Virus genome (UHGV): UHGV-0272730
Length of the DNA stretch: 64,000 bases
Reading direction: 5' to 3' (one strand)
Source of the DNA: a virus
Position numbers and translations under genes: made by a program. Within the stretch, counting starts at the first letter, position 1; each line of letters opens with the position of its first letter. This document shows positions 46,140 to 56,106 of this stretch, in pieces. The notes beneath the pieces were generated by a model. The model was not told the DNA's origin. It ran no database searches and saw only the letters and a list, made by a program, of their open reading frames with translations.

Positions 46140-46625
46140 TCACTCTGCTCTCCACTGACAATCACCTTGCCATCCGTACTCTTTTCTCCAGAGGTTTTGG
46201 TTATCTGAACCACGATACGGTTTAACTGTTGGTTTAGATGAATCATACTTACCATCAATCACCACGTCAACATATTTCATCACATCAAGGTGAATTTTTT
46301 CATGTAACTGAAAACCTGTCCAGAGCCAGATAGATTTTTCTGGGTAAACGGTTTTAATACGTTTGCATATGTTGGTAACCTCTTGAATGTTTCTATCATC
46401 CAGAGGTTCTCCACCAAGTATTGACAGCCCACTGATGGCATTATCATCCATTAACTTAATGATGCCATAAAGGTTTGCATAAGTGAACTCTTTACCAGCA
46501 TTAAACTTCCAAGATTCCTTATTAAAGCAACCTTCACAGTGATGCTTACAACCAGCTACGAATAGGCTTACACGAACCCCTTCACCATTAGCTGTGTCAA
46601 ATGGTCGAATCTCCATGTAATTCAT
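46140..46625 (-). CDS. nrdG: anaerobic ribonucleotide reductase activating protein
   Basis: 161 aa; radical-SAM CxxxCxxC (CKHHCEGC) near N-terminus; adjacent to nrdD. Confidence 0.75.
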   Translation of the reverse strand: MNYMEIRPFDTANGEGVRVSLFVAGCKHHCEGCFNKESWKFNAGKEFTYANLYGIIKLMDDNAISGLSILGGEPLDDRNIQEVTNICKRIKTVYPEKSIWLWTGFQLHEKIHLDVMKYVDVVIDGKYDSSKPTVKPYRGSDNQNLWRKEYGWQGDCQWRAE

Positions 46626-46634
46626 CTAGTTACC

Positions 46635-46934
46635 TCACCAATACATATAAGTGTTCTTAGCGGCTTTCTTTGGAGACTTGCTATCAATATCAAAATCTTC
46701 ATCTAAGAAGGATGTCTTAGAAAGCTGCCTTATTTGTGTTCTTGTAAGACGTTTAGTGGCCTTCTTAATCTCTCTACAAGGCTGGCTTGTGAAGTCGTAA
46801 GAGCCACCTTTTCTGGACATCATATCAGAATGGAAGTAGACATCTGAAGCATTTTCTCTGTTACGTACCTCATTTCTCCACTCATAGAGTCCATGAACGT
46901 TCTTTAAACCTTTTCTTCGAATTGTTTTACTCAT
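46635..46934 (-). CDS. hypothetical protein
   Basis: 99 aa ORF. Confidence 0.4.
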   Translation of the reverse strand: MSKTIRRKGLKNVHGLYEWRNEVRNRENASDVYFHSDMMSRKGGSYDFTSQPCREIKKATKRLTRTQIRQLSKTSFLDEDFDIDSKSPKKAAKNTYMYW

Positions 46935-47326
46935 TCAAACACCACCTGACAAGGAACCTGTTTAGTAATAAATTCTTCGCAGTGTTCTTTAATGAAGTTT
47001 TGTAATGGCACACAATCTTGTGCACAAGTCATTAGTATAATGTACTCTGGATTCATAATGTTTTCAAGAGTGTAGAAGACAACATCGTTAGATAATTCAT
47101 GACCGTCTTCTTCAGACCAAGTTCCAGAGACTACAGCTAATTTGTCAAGCAATTCATTAGGTAACGCTACACCATCTTCTACGGAATCACTTAGAACGTT
47201 GTCGCTGAGGTACAATGTGAAGGTCGTATGGAATGTTGAATATCTTACGTGATTCTTTTCGCAAGAGCCACACTCTGAGGCATAATCTTTAATCCACTCT
47301 AACTGTTTTTTGTTCAACTTAATCAT
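46931..47326 (-). CDS. hypothetical Cys-containing protein
   Basis: 131 aa ORF. Confidence 0.4.
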   Translation of the reverse strand: MIKLNKKQLEWIKDYASECGSCEKNHVRYSTFHTTFTLYLSDNVLSDSVEDGVALPNELLDKLAVVSGTWSEEDGHELSNDVVFYTLENIMNPEYIILMTCAQDCVPLQNFIKEHCEEFITKQVPCQVVFE

Positions 47327-47523
47327 AATTTCACCTTAGTTGGCAATGCACTGAATGCTATAGCTAACCCTAAAAATGGTTTGAAGCATGACCATAAATC
47401 CATCTGACCATGATATGAGAAACTCCATTGTGGGTCTGAAAAACCCCATACCATAACACTAACCCCAAAGAAGAAGACTAGAATATGGAGTATGTATATC
47501 AACGCTTTTGATATCTTAAACAT
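47323..47523 (-). CDS. hypothetical small membrane protein
   Basis: 66 aa with two hydrophobic segments. Confidence 0.35.
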   Translation of the reverse strand: MFKISKALIYILHILVFFFGVSVMVWGFSDPQWSFSYHGQMDLWSCFKPFLGLAIAFSALPTKVKL

Positions 47524-47677
47524 TTTAACTTACCTTTCAATTCACAATAAGAGAGCCCTAAAAAGAACCCTAGTAAGACAGAACCTATGAACAACCCAAT
47601 AATACTCTCTGCCATATCTAACATCCAATAAAAAAGGTGATGTAAGCCTATCAAGACTCACACCACCTTGTCAAGTT

Positions 47678-49822
47678 TTACATAGAAACTCTGTCACGAA
47701 TCTCAGCAATTTTTGCATCGTTCATTCGGGATTCACCTTTAATCTTAGTCCATCCAAGATACCCGCACACCCTGTTAATCACAGAGATATCGTGTGAATG
47801 GCAAACCTCACATTCTTCAACATCAGCCTTTGGTCTGTTACCACAATGTTCACAGATTGCTAAGTCAAAGTTAAGTCCCTGATAGAAACCTTTCAACATC
47901 CCTCTGGTAATACAACTTTTAAGTGCTGATAAGTTTTCTGGGTTAGCTACTCTTACATACTGGATTCTACCGCCTCTACAGATATGGAAGAATGGTTCTT
48001 CTAAGTCCTGCTTCTCAAATGGTGAGATGTCTGCTGCAACATTCATATGGAAACTGTTTGTAAAGTATTCCTTGTCAGAAACGCCTTTGATAACGCCAAA
48101 CATATCTCTGAACTGTTTCAACTGAGTTCCACAAAGTGATTCCGCTGGAGTGCCATATACCGCATACAGGAAGCCATCTTCATTCTTAAACTCTTCAGTT
48201 TTCATGTTAATGTATGCCAGAACATCGTATGCAAAACTAGAACTTCCAACTTCATGAAGTCGTTTACCTTCAGCAAGAACAGATAGTTCATCAAGCGCAG
48301 TAACACCAAAAGAAGCTGTGAAGGACTTCACAATATCCCAACCAACCTTGTCAGTAGGTTTCTTAGTTCCTTTGTACAGACCACCTTGTGTGAACGCAAG
48401 AGGGTTAGAACTTGCTGGCATATTAGCAATCATTTCGTAGCGTTTCTTGTGGAAGTTGCGAATCATCTCTAGGTACTTATCAAGCTCTTTCCAGAAATCT
48501 AAACCATTCTCTTTAGAGTACTGGTAAATCATTGGCAAGTTCAAAGATACAGCACCAATGTTAGCACGACCAACGTAAAACTCTTCCCCATACTCGTTAA
48601 AATATGGAGATAAGAAGGCTCTGCAACCCATCGGTGAAATTACCTTGCCAGAACGCTCAAAAGCCTCTGCTACAGCACCATGACCAGATACGCTTAAGAA
48701 ATCTGGATACATTGCTTTAGAGCAACACTCAATAGCTTTACTGTACAGGTGACCTTGACAGATATTCTCATCATGTCTCTTCTGGTCATAAATATAAACC
48801 AGTTTAGGGAATACAACAGGTTTTTTGCTCTTGCCTTGTCCATTCATACGAACATCTAGGAGAGTACTTGCAATCATGTATTGTAGTCGATTATCCTCAT
48901 TAGACATATCTGAGTCAAGTAAACCAAATGTTAAAGTTGTGAATGCAAAATCACCACGGCTACAAGGTACGGTATTTAGTTTCATCTCAAGTGACTGAAA
49001 ACCTTGAGTCAGTTCAATTTGTAACTGCTCCATTACATAATTGTGGTAATGCTCTTTAGGAATACCATAAGATGATGCTTTCTCAGCATGATAGCGTAGA
49101 GACTTCTTAGCATACGGTACAAGTACCTTATCAATCTCTGCTAAAGTAAAACCACCAAATTGCTGTGCAGTTGCTGAAAGTACTACGTCACCAATAACCT
49201 GCAACGCTGACAGTACAGATTTAGGTTCACAGTACTCAATGCCGGACATTTCAAAGCCACCTTTCAGGACTTTACCAATGTCAAACAGGCAACAGTTAAT
49301 ACCACCAAAAATCAGGTCTCTTAAATCATGGATATAGATAAAGCCTTTCTCAATGGCTTCAAGTTCCTCTGGTGTTAGATGGTATTGTTTAAAGATTTCT
49401 TTAGTCAGATAGCCACGAATAATTGAACCTTTTGTAGAAATTAAACTGCTGTCAAAGTTAGCATTTTCACGGTCACCTAAGAAGAGTGTATCTTTAGTCT
49501 TCTGGTAGAGTTCATCCCAATTTTGAGCAACCTCTTTACGGTAATTTCTATATGTTGAGTAAGACTCATAAATCTCGTGATTGACTTCTGCCAAAGCACC
49601 CTCAACAATACTGTGAATATCATTTACCGAAATTAGCAAATTATTCTGCTTAGTGGACTTTACCAGAATCCTCATAAATGCTGACTCAAGAGCTTGAGTA
49701 ACATCTGGTGGAAGCTCTTTATAACCAACTCTGTTAGCTGACTTTGTGACTGCTGCTAAAACTTTTTTGATATCAGGTTCTTCAAGTGAGCCATTCTTTT
49801 TAATAATCTGTACTTTGTTCAT
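47678..49822 (-). CDS. nrdD: anaerobic ribonucleoside-triphosphate reductase
   Basis: 714 aa; C-terminal Cys cluster and glycyl-radical motif RVCGYLG. Confidence 0.8.
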   Translation of the reverse strand: MNKVQIIKKNGSLEEPDIKKVLAAVTKSANRVGYKELPPDVTQALESAFMRILVKSTKQNNLLISVNDIHSIVEGALAEVNHEIYESYSTYRNYRKEVAQNWDELYQKTKDTLFLGDRENANFDSSLISTKGSIIRGYLTKEIFKQYHLTPEELEAIEKGFIYIHDLRDLIFGGINCCLFDIGKVLKGGFEMSGIEYCEPKSVLSALQVIGDVVLSATAQQFGGFTLAEIDKVLVPYAKKSLRYHAEKASSYGIPKEHYHNYVMEQLQIELTQGFQSLEMKLNTVPCSRGDFAFTTLTFGLLDSDMSNEDNRLQYMIASTLLDVRMNGQGKSKKPVVFPKLVYIYDQKRHDENICQGHLYSKAIECCSKAMYPDFLSVSGHGAVAEAFERSGKVISPMGCRAFLSPYFNEYGEEFYVGRANIGAVSLNLPMIYQYSKENGLDFWKELDKYLEMIRNFHKKRYEMIANMPASSNPLAFTQGGLYKGTKKPTDKVGWDIVKSFTASFGVTALDELSVLAEGKRLHEVGSSSFAYDVLAYINMKTEEFKNEDGFLYAVYGTPAESLCGTQLKQFRDMFGVIKGVSDKEYFTNSFHMNVAADISPFEKQDLEEPFFHICRGGRIQYVRVANPENLSALKSCITRGMLKGFYQGLNFDLAICEHCGNRPKADVEECEVCHSHDISVINRVCGYLGWTKIKGESRMNDAKIAEIRDRVSM

Positions 49823-49840
49823 TATTGCCCCTTTACATGC

Positions 49841-49862
49841 TAAAAAGGTCTCCGAGGAGACC
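49841..49862 (-). terminator. rho-independent terminator just upstream of nrdD
   Basis: Minus strand hairpin GGTCTCCTCGGAGACC followed by TTTTT. Confidence 0.5.
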
Positions 49863-49870
49863 CTTTCATT

Positions 49871-50077
49871 TTAAATCTTTTTAGAAAACTTAGAAACGAG
49901 TTTTCTCAGTTTTTCAGTGATGCCTAGCTGTATCTCTAATATTTCAAAGATAACCCATAGTAACATGGCCCCAAACAATGAACCTTGTTCAAAATCAGTA
50001 AATAGGTTAACAATCAGCATACCAATCACAATAGCTGGTGCATCGACAACCAAACCTTCCCAAATGCGTTTAAGCAT
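49871..50077 (-). CDS. hypothetical small membrane protein
   Basis: 68 aa, hydrophobic. Confidence 0.35.
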   Translation of the reverse strand: MLKRIWEGLVVDAPAIVIGMLIVNLFTDFEQGSLFGAMLLWVIFEILEIQLGITEKLRKLVSKFSKKI

Positions 50078-50312
50078 TATTCACCTCTGCCATAAAATTC
50101 TGTAGCGTCCCAACAGGTTTTAGGTTTTGTCCATCAGTTTTCATGATGAATGGCATCTGACGAACTGGCATCTGTGCAATATCCATCAGGTCTGACAGTT
50201 CATAGTCCTGCCCTAACATTCTCACAACATGGTCAATACCACGAGCTTTTGCAAAATTCTTTGCAGTCTCACACTGAGGGCATCCAGTTTTGGAGTAAAT
50301 CACATAAGTCAT
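50070..50312 (-). CDS. glutaredoxin/NrdH-like redoxin
   Basis: 80 aa; CPQC active site at residues 11-14. Confidence 0.7.
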   Translation of the reverse strand: MTYVIYSKTGCPQCETAKNFAKARGIDHVVRMLGQDYELSDLMDIAQMPVRQMPFIMKTDGQNLKPVGTLQNFMAEVNNA

Positions 50313-51385
50313 TAAGGAACCTCTAAAAATCCACTATTCAAATCATCTACAACAGTATTCAACAGGTACGCACCGTTCTGTTGCTCCTGATTAGCATTCT
50401 GCTCTTTATCAATTTCCATCTTCTTAATCATATACTTCAAAGGTGGTTCTTTAGGAGCTACAAAATCTCTGGGAATGCCAAACATATCATACAGTGGGGC
50501 AGCATTATAGTAAACCCACTCATGAAGAAGTTTTGTATTTAAGCCAACTACAGCACGTCCTTCGGAGAAGATATAATACGACCATTTCTCTTCACTTTCA
50601 ACTACTTCATCTAAGATTACTTTAATCTCTGGAAGAATTTGTTGAAAAGCTTTCTGCCACTCATCATCTCTTAAAGTTTCTTTTAAAACTTCAATATCAA
50701 TCTTGGTGTGAAGGATTTCATCAAGCATAATTTTCTGGACAGCTTGAGCAATACCCTGAAATTTATCCTGAGCATCAAGTGCAAAGGTACATGCAAAGGA
50801 TGCCATGAAGGAAATACCTTCAAGTGCAGTCACTGCAAACAGCCCTTTCAGAATCACTTTATGGAAGTGCAAAGGGTCTTTATCCAGAAGTGAGTCACGG
50901 ACATAACTCAGTCGATAGTTTATACCTTCATCCAGTAATTCTTCAAGAACACGATTCACAGTTTTTAATCGGTCTTGTACAGCAATGTTCTGGTTAATCT
51001 CATCTAAGATTGTTTCAGGATTTTTAATACACTGTCTTACAATCTCCGAGTAAGTAAGAGCATGTAGGTTTTCAATCTCAGACTGCTTCATAATTGCAGT
51101 TGCATAAATGTCATCAGAGATGAATGGTGCAAAAGCAAACGCTAAACTCTTAGCAACTTGGGTATCTGCTTCCCACTGCCACTTAAGAATCTCAAGCATT
51201 ACACCTGACATTGATGCTGGTACACTCTCAAAATCAAGACGTGATTGTTCAAAAGGGAACTCATCTTCTGACCAGTCTTGTGCTTTTTGTTGTTTATAGA
51301 GTTCAAAGATTTTTGGGTAGTGCTTGTTAAGTGAGTCAAATGTCTTTCTCTCACCACCTAAAAAGATTGGGTGTTGGTTAATCAT
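50312..51385 (-). CDS. nrdB: ribonucleotide reductase small (beta) subunit
   Basis: Ferritin-like diiron protein; start set to ATG at 51385 (MINQHPIF...) preceded by AGGAGA SD; track start 51445 overlaps upstream ORF. Confidence 0.8.
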   Translation of the reverse strand: MINQHPIFLGGERKTFDSLNKHYPKIFELYKQQKAQDWSEDEFPFEQSRLDFESVPASMSGVMLEILKWQWEADTQVAKSLAFAFAPFISDDIYATAIMKQSEIENLHALTYSEIVRQCIKNPETILDEINQNIAVQDRLKTVNRVLEELLDEGINYRLSYVRDSLLDKDPLHFHKVILKGLFAVTALEGISFMASFACTFALDAQDKFQGIAQAVQKIMLDEILHTKIDIEVLKETLRDDEWQKAFQQILPEIKVILDEVVESEEKWSYYIFSEGRAVVGLNTKLLHEWVYYNAAPLYDMFGIPRDFVAPKEPPLKYMIKKMEIDKEQNANQEQQNGAYLLNTVVDDLNSGFLEVP

Positions 51386-51723
51386 AGCGTGATTTCTCCT
51401 TTCTTTATCATCTCTAAGGCTTGTTTTCTGTCTAAAACTTCCCAATTTTCTTTGTTAAACATGTCATAAGGTCTTGCATAGATTTTACCATCTGCTGTAG
51501 AGATGTAAGAGACACCATCGACCCATGAGTCATCATTTTGTTTTATCATCATGTCTGTGCTACTCACATAGTACATCGTTTTCCGAGGTTTGTGGAACAA
51601 GTATATGGGCCATTCGTGATTTGCTATTAAGTCTTTCATAGTCTCTCCAAAGTTAATTTTAGAGGGTCTTTTACGACCCTCATAGTTATTAAAACTAAAC
51701 ACCACAACCCTCGCAATAAGCAT
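51382..51723 (-). CDS. hypothetical protein between nrdA and nrdB
   Basis: 113 aa ORF; ATGA stop-start overlap with nrdB. Confidence 0.4.
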   Translation of the reverse strand: MLIARVVVFSFNNYEGRKRPSKINFGETMKDLIANHEWPIYLFHKPRKTMYYVSSTDMMIKQNDDSWVDGVSYISTADGKIYARPYDMFNKENWEVLDRKQALEMIKKGEITL

Positions 51724-53929
51724 CTTGCAGTGCAGATTTACCTACACCAATGCGACTGTTAAGGTAGTACATAGTTTTCATACCTACTGAGTTAGCATAA
51801 ATCATGTACTTCAAAGCTTGAGCCAATGATACCTTCTTAGCTTTTGCGTAGTCAACATAGAAATCTGAAGAGATAGCTTGACCAGTGAACTTTTGAACAA
51901 TTGCATAACAATCAATCAGGTCAAAGGTGTCAATATCCCAAGCAATTTCATAGACATACTTCAACTCTTCGTAATCTGGAACAATAAACAGTACGTTACC
52001 AGTTGCAGACTTTTTAGTTAAAATAAAGTCACGAATTGGGTACAAGCCGTTTGTCGTATTAGTTGCCAGTGAAGAACTCTCATTAGGCATGTAAGCCTCT
52101 AATACAGAGTTACGGATTCCACCATTTTCTTTAATACGTTGTGCTAAGTCATCCCAATCATAACGAAGTTTTGCATCATGCTTCTCATCAATCTTCTTGT
52201 TAGCTGTCTTTGGAGGAACCCAGCCTTCAGGATACTTAGTGAACTGCATATACTCAGGTACACCACGTTCTTTAGCAAGTCTTAAAGAAGCTTCGTGTAA
52301 GTAGTAAGAGTGCATTTCAGCAAGCTCATGAAGCTTCGTCTTACCTGCTCTTGAAGAGTAGTTCACGTAGTTTTTTGCAAGGTAATGAGCCACATTTGTA
52401 AGGCCAATACCAACAGAACGACGCTTCTGAACATGGTTACGCATCGACGGATACGGATAATCCATAAGGTCAATAACGGAGTCAACCATTGCAAGAGCAT
52501 AATAAGCAACGTCAGCGTATTCATCTTCTGAAATTCTCCCTGCAACCAAACTAGCTAGGAAGCAAAGAGCTACCTCACCATCCTCTTTCACAGCATCATC
52601 TCTGTAAAGGTCTGTCTCTTTCTCAAAGCCGTACACTGGCAACACAATTTCCATACAAAGATTTGACATCTTCAAAGGTTCTTTAAATGGCGTATGTGTG
52701 TTTGCATTATTCGTGAAGAATGGGTACACACGGCCTGTTGCATAACGCTGCTGGATAAACAGTTTAGCAATTTCACGAGCCTTTACTCGTCTGTGCTTAA
52801 CACCTGAATGGACTGCGTGACCAACTGCCATAGCAAACTCATCAGCAGATGCTGTGTAGAACATGTCATAGAGTTTTGGTGCATCCTTGTAAGAGAATAG
52901 CAACCAGTCTGTATCATATTGAACACACTGCCAGAAATAATCATTTGTACCAAATGAGTAGTCCATCTCGTTAATACGTTTCGAAGGAACCGTTGTAGGG
53001 TGCTTCAAACGCAGTAAATCTTCAATCTGCGGGTCTAGAGCAGTATAGAAGTTGTTAGCTGAACCACCACGACTCTTCTGTTTGTTTGCCTCTACAGATG
53101 AACGTACAAGCTTGTAATAAGGTAGCTTACCCATGTGTTCAATAGTATTTTGACGGATACCATCACCAATAGTGCGAGTCTCCATCAGCATCCCGATACC
53201 AGCTTGCTTTGTAGTCATATCATAAGCAACCTTTGCAGCAATACCGAGAGATTCAGCGGTATCATTCGCCTTAATCAAACAGCATGACGCATAACCTGAT
53301 TTAGTGGCTCTTAAACCATTCAGGTAAGGAGTAGGAGCGTTAATCTTCAGGTCAGATAGGTAAGTGTACAGCTTGATAACATCTTGCAGTCTACGGTGCT
53401 TTGGTTGCTTCTCAAAGGCTTTCATAGCCATACCCATAAACATAAATTGTGGTGACTCAAAAAGTCTTCCCGTTTTAATATCACGGATACCATACTTGTC
53501 TCTGAACTGTTTCAGGACTGCATAACCATAAGAGATATCTTTTGAGTGCACAATGTACCCTTGCAGGTATTCAAGCTCTTCCTGAGAATAGTCCATCTTC
53601 TCCCAAAGTCCTGCTCTCTCCATATTTTTAACGAAGGTAACCAGCGTAGGAACCTTAGTAAAACCTCCAAAGGCTTCTTTGTAGATAATTCCCAGAAGTA
53701 GCCGTCCAGCCATATCTGAGTACTCTTGAGTTTGTTTATCAACACAAACATCAATCATGGCTTGGTGCATCTCTTTTGTAGTGCAACCTTCATAGACACG
53801 TTTCATGGCTTCCATAGTGACTTCTGACCAGATGATTCCGCGCTTATCTGCCCATGATGCCCACTTATTCAGTCTTTCTGGGTCAAAGCTTACTACTGTA
53901 CCGTTTGATTTTTTAATTGTCTTAATCAT
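51695..53929 (-). CDS. nrdA: ribonucleotide reductase large (alpha) subunit
   Basis: 744 aa; N-terminal ATP-cone-like region, active-site NLCMEI, C-terminal Cys pair CEGCG. Confidence 0.8.
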   Translation of the reverse strand: MIKTIKKSNGTVVSFDPERLNKWASWADKRGIIWSEVTMEAMKRVYEGCTTKEMHQAMIDVCVDKQTQEYSDMAGRLLLGIIYKEAFGGFTKVPTLVTFVKNMERAGLWEKMDYSQEELEYLQGYIVHSKDISYGYAVLKQFRDKYGIRDIKTGRLFESPQFMFMGMAMKAFEKQPKHRRLQDVIKLYTYLSDLKINAPTPYLNGLRATKSGYASCCLIKANDTAESLGIAAKVAYDMTTKQAGIGMLMETRTIGDGIRQNTIEHMGKLPYYKLVRSSVEANKQKSRGGSANNFYTALDPQIEDLLRLKHPTTVPSKRINEMDYSFGTNDYFWQCVQYDTDWLLFSYKDAPKLYDMFYTASADEFAMAVGHAVHSGVKHRRVKAREIAKLFIQQRYATGRVYPFFTNNANTHTPFKEPLKMSNLCMEIVLPVYGFEKETDLYRDDAVKEDGEVALCFLASLVAGRISEDEYADVAYYALAMVDSVIDLMDYPYPSMRNHVQKRRSVGIGLTNVAHYLAKNYVNYSSRAGKTKLHELAEMHSYYLHEASLRLAKERGVPEYMQFTKYPEGWVPPKTANKKIDEKHDAKLRYDWDDLAQRIKENGGIRNSVLEAYMPNESSSLATNTTNGLYPIRDFILTKKSATGNVLFIVPDYEELKYVYEIAWDIDTFDLIDCYAIVQKFTGQAISSDFYVDYAKAKKVSLAQALKYMIYANSVGMKTMYYLNSRIGVGKSALQDAYCEGCGV

Positions 53930-53946
53930 TTTTGAATCCTACAGAT

Positions 53947-53969
53947 GAAAAGAGCCTCCGAAGAGGCTC
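53947..53969 (-). terminator. rho-independent terminator just upstream of nrdA
   Basis: Minus strand hairpin GAGCCTCTTCGGAGGCTC followed by TTTTC. Confidence 0.5.
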
Positions 53970-53975
53970 CCTAGT

Positions 53976-54311
53976 TTAAATCTTGAAAATTTGCTCATTC
54001 TGCCACATATCGTAAAACTTATCACTTACTTTTGTGACTGAAGAGGCGTGCATACAATTTAGGAACCATGACGGTGTACTAGCATCCATAATTGTTTCAA
54101 GTTTTTGTGTGACATTCACATCCATGTCTGCAACAACGTAATTGCCTCGCATCTTGCAAACAATTCTTCCAAACAAGATTGCACTTCTGCCTCTTCTGTC
54201 GTCACAGTACATAACTGTGTCTCCGTGCTTAACATCTTGTCCGATACTATCAACACCTAATTTAGCACCTGAGATAATGTCATCATAAGATAGCTTTTTT
54301 GCTTTAGACAC
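53976..54311 (-). CDS. hypothetical protein
   Basis: 111 aa ORF. Confidence 0.4.
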   Translation of the reverse strand: MSKAKKLSYDDIISGAKLGVDSIGQDVKHGDTVMYCDDRRGRSAILFGRIVCKMRGNYVVADMDVNVTQKLETIMDASTPSWFLNCMHASSVTKVSDKFYDMWQNEQIFKI

Positions 54312-54636
54312 GGTATTTCTCCAAGTTTCTTTTTAGATATAACCAACCATAGTCAGTTCTTTCTACACCCATGAAGAGTGGAGCCATTACAACTTTACCA
54401 AAAGTATTCCTGTGTTGACAGATTTCAAAAGAATACTCTTTCTCAATATCAATCCCGTATTTGTACAGGACTGCTTTTAAAACTTGTTCATTATCCAGAA
54501 GTGTATCTGGAGTCTCACCATACTTCTCAAGTAACGGGTCATTCATAAACACCGTCATAGAGATATTGTAGTTTGAGAAGTGGCTCTTCTGAGCCACACC
54601 TTCTTTATTAATGTTCTGTGAATCCATTATAACCAA
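54304..54636 (-). CDS. hypothetical protein
   Basis: 110 aa ORF. Confidence 0.4.
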   Translation of the reverse strand: MVIMDSQNINKEGVAQKSHFSNYNISMTVFMNDPLLEKYGETPDTLLDNEQVLKAVLYKYGIDIEKEYSFEICQHRNTFGKVVMAPLFMGVERTDYGWLYLKRNLEKYRV

Positions 54637-55363
54637 CCCCTTTTAACCAGCACTTCAGGTTATTAGCATCATAATTCAGTTTCGGGTATGAGGTTACATG
54701 GAACTGCTCACCATCATAGTAGACAATATCTGCAATCCATAGTCCATTCTCTTTACAGAAGTCTTTATCTGCTTTAGAGGTAATTGGATTAACTTCTACA
54801 AAACCATCTACACCCAAATCCTTTAAGCTACATACAATACCTTTGCAGATAACGCATGTGTCAGATACTACCACAAAAAGTTCTTGGCTTTCAAGTTCTA
54901 CAATGTATTCACCAAGCTGAACTTTAGGGAGATTAGATTGCTTCATAACCTTCCCATCGGCTGCGCGAACAATTGCATACCACTCTTTACCATCAACTAC
55001 TGACATTCTGATGATACACTCTTGACCAGTACGCTTCTCAATATCTGCAAGACGTTTTAAAGCTTCTTCATAGTCGTCTGTGTACTTCAGGTCATTATTA
55101 TGGCAAACAGCTTTCATAGCACCGTTATGGTCATGTTGTGACAGGTAAATCAAACCGTCAAGAACATATTGCAAATCTGCCTGAGCATCCAGTGTTTCAA
55201 TGGGGTCTTTCTCTTCAATTGCTTTTACAAGCTCTTTTGCTTCTTCAAGCATACACAGAGATTGAGATTTCAAAGATTCCCAATACTCATTACTGTAAGG
55301 TTGTTTTTGAGTGTTTCCACAACGAAGATTCCAGTTTTTTACTGATTCTCTTGAGTTAAACAT
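54608..55363 (-). CDS. hypothetical protein, possible MazG-like NTP pyrophosphohydrolase N-terminal domain
   Basis: 251 aa; LEEAKELVKAIEEKDPIETLDAQADLQYVLDGL resembles MazG-type helical motifs (weak). Confidence 0.35.
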   Translation of the reverse strand: MFNSRESVKNWNLRCGNTQKQPYSNEYWESLKSQSLCMLEEAKELVKAIEEKDPIETLDAQADLQYVLDGLIYLSQHDHNGAMKAVCHNNDLKYTDDYEEALKRLADIEKRTGQECIIRMSVVDGKEWYAIVRAADGKVMKQSNLPKVQLGEYIVELESQELFVVVSDTCVICKGIVCSLKDLGVDGFVEVNPITSKADKDFCKENGLWIADIVYYDGEQFHVTSYPKLNYDANNLKCWLKGVGYNGFTEH

Positions 55364-55602
55364 TTTGGCTCCTTAAAATATCTGTTAACCTTTAGCTCTC
55401 GTGTTTCGATATATTCTAGATGCTCACGTAGCTCTTGACGTTTAAGCATTAGGTGTTGCATTTGAGATTCAACAGCTTCAACTTCTTTAATTATTGACTC
55501 TCTAGCATTTGCAAGAATGCGCTCAAGTTCTTCAATCTTGCTGTCAACTTTTGCTACATGACTCACAGCTTTGCTTTTGTTAAACATTTTATTCTCTCTC
55601 AA
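55339..55602 (-). CDS. hypothetical coiled-coil protein
   Basis: 87 aa ORF. Confidence 0.4.
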   Translation of the reverse strand: MRENKMFNKSKAVSHVAKVDSKIEELERILANARESIIKEVEAVESQMQHLMLKRQELREHLEYIETRELKVNRYFKEPKCLTQENQ

Positions 55603-55608
55603 TAGTTA

Positions 55609-56106
55609 TCAAGCATAATTTGCTTTCATTACCTTATGGATTCTTTTTTCAGCATCTTCATAAGTTTCTTTAGTAATAAACTTAATTGCTGCAATATTGG
55701 CATTGTAGAAGAGCCTGAGCTTCGAGTCAATCCTTTTTGTCATTACATCGAATTTATGTTGAAGGTTTGCTTCACCATAGACTAGACCACCTTTTGTGTA
55801 GTAGGTTTGAATAATGTAAAAATCAAAAGATTCTTTTCCAAAGCTTTCAATATCTTTTTTAATATACTCAGAAGAGGTTTCGTAAGTCACCCAATCACTC
55901 TCCTTAGTGACTACCTTCTTCCGAGTCTTCCCAGCAACTTTTCTTTTTGTCACACTGTTAAGCTGTTTCTTTCCGATATAATATTGTCCAGTCTTCTTAC
56001 AGTGCACTAAATAGACAAAGCCAAAATGTTTAGTGGGGTCAACTTCCCCACATAAAGATACCCAATGACCGTAGGTAGGGCAATTGCCAAATCCTTTAAT
56101 CTTCAT
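55609..56106 (-). CDS. GIY-YIG-type homing endonuclease (putative)
   Basis: 165 aa; FVYLVHCKKTGQYYIGKK resembles the GIY-(10)-YIG motif. Confidence 0.45.
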   Translation of the reverse strand: MKIKGFGNCPTYGHWVSLCGEVDPTKHFGFVYLVHCKKTGQYYIGKKQLNSVTKRKVAGKTRKKVVTKESDWVTYETSSEYIKKDIESFGKESFDFYIIQTYYTKGGLVYGEANLQHKFDVMTKRIDSKLRLFYNANIAAIKFITKETYEDAEKRIHKVMKANYA

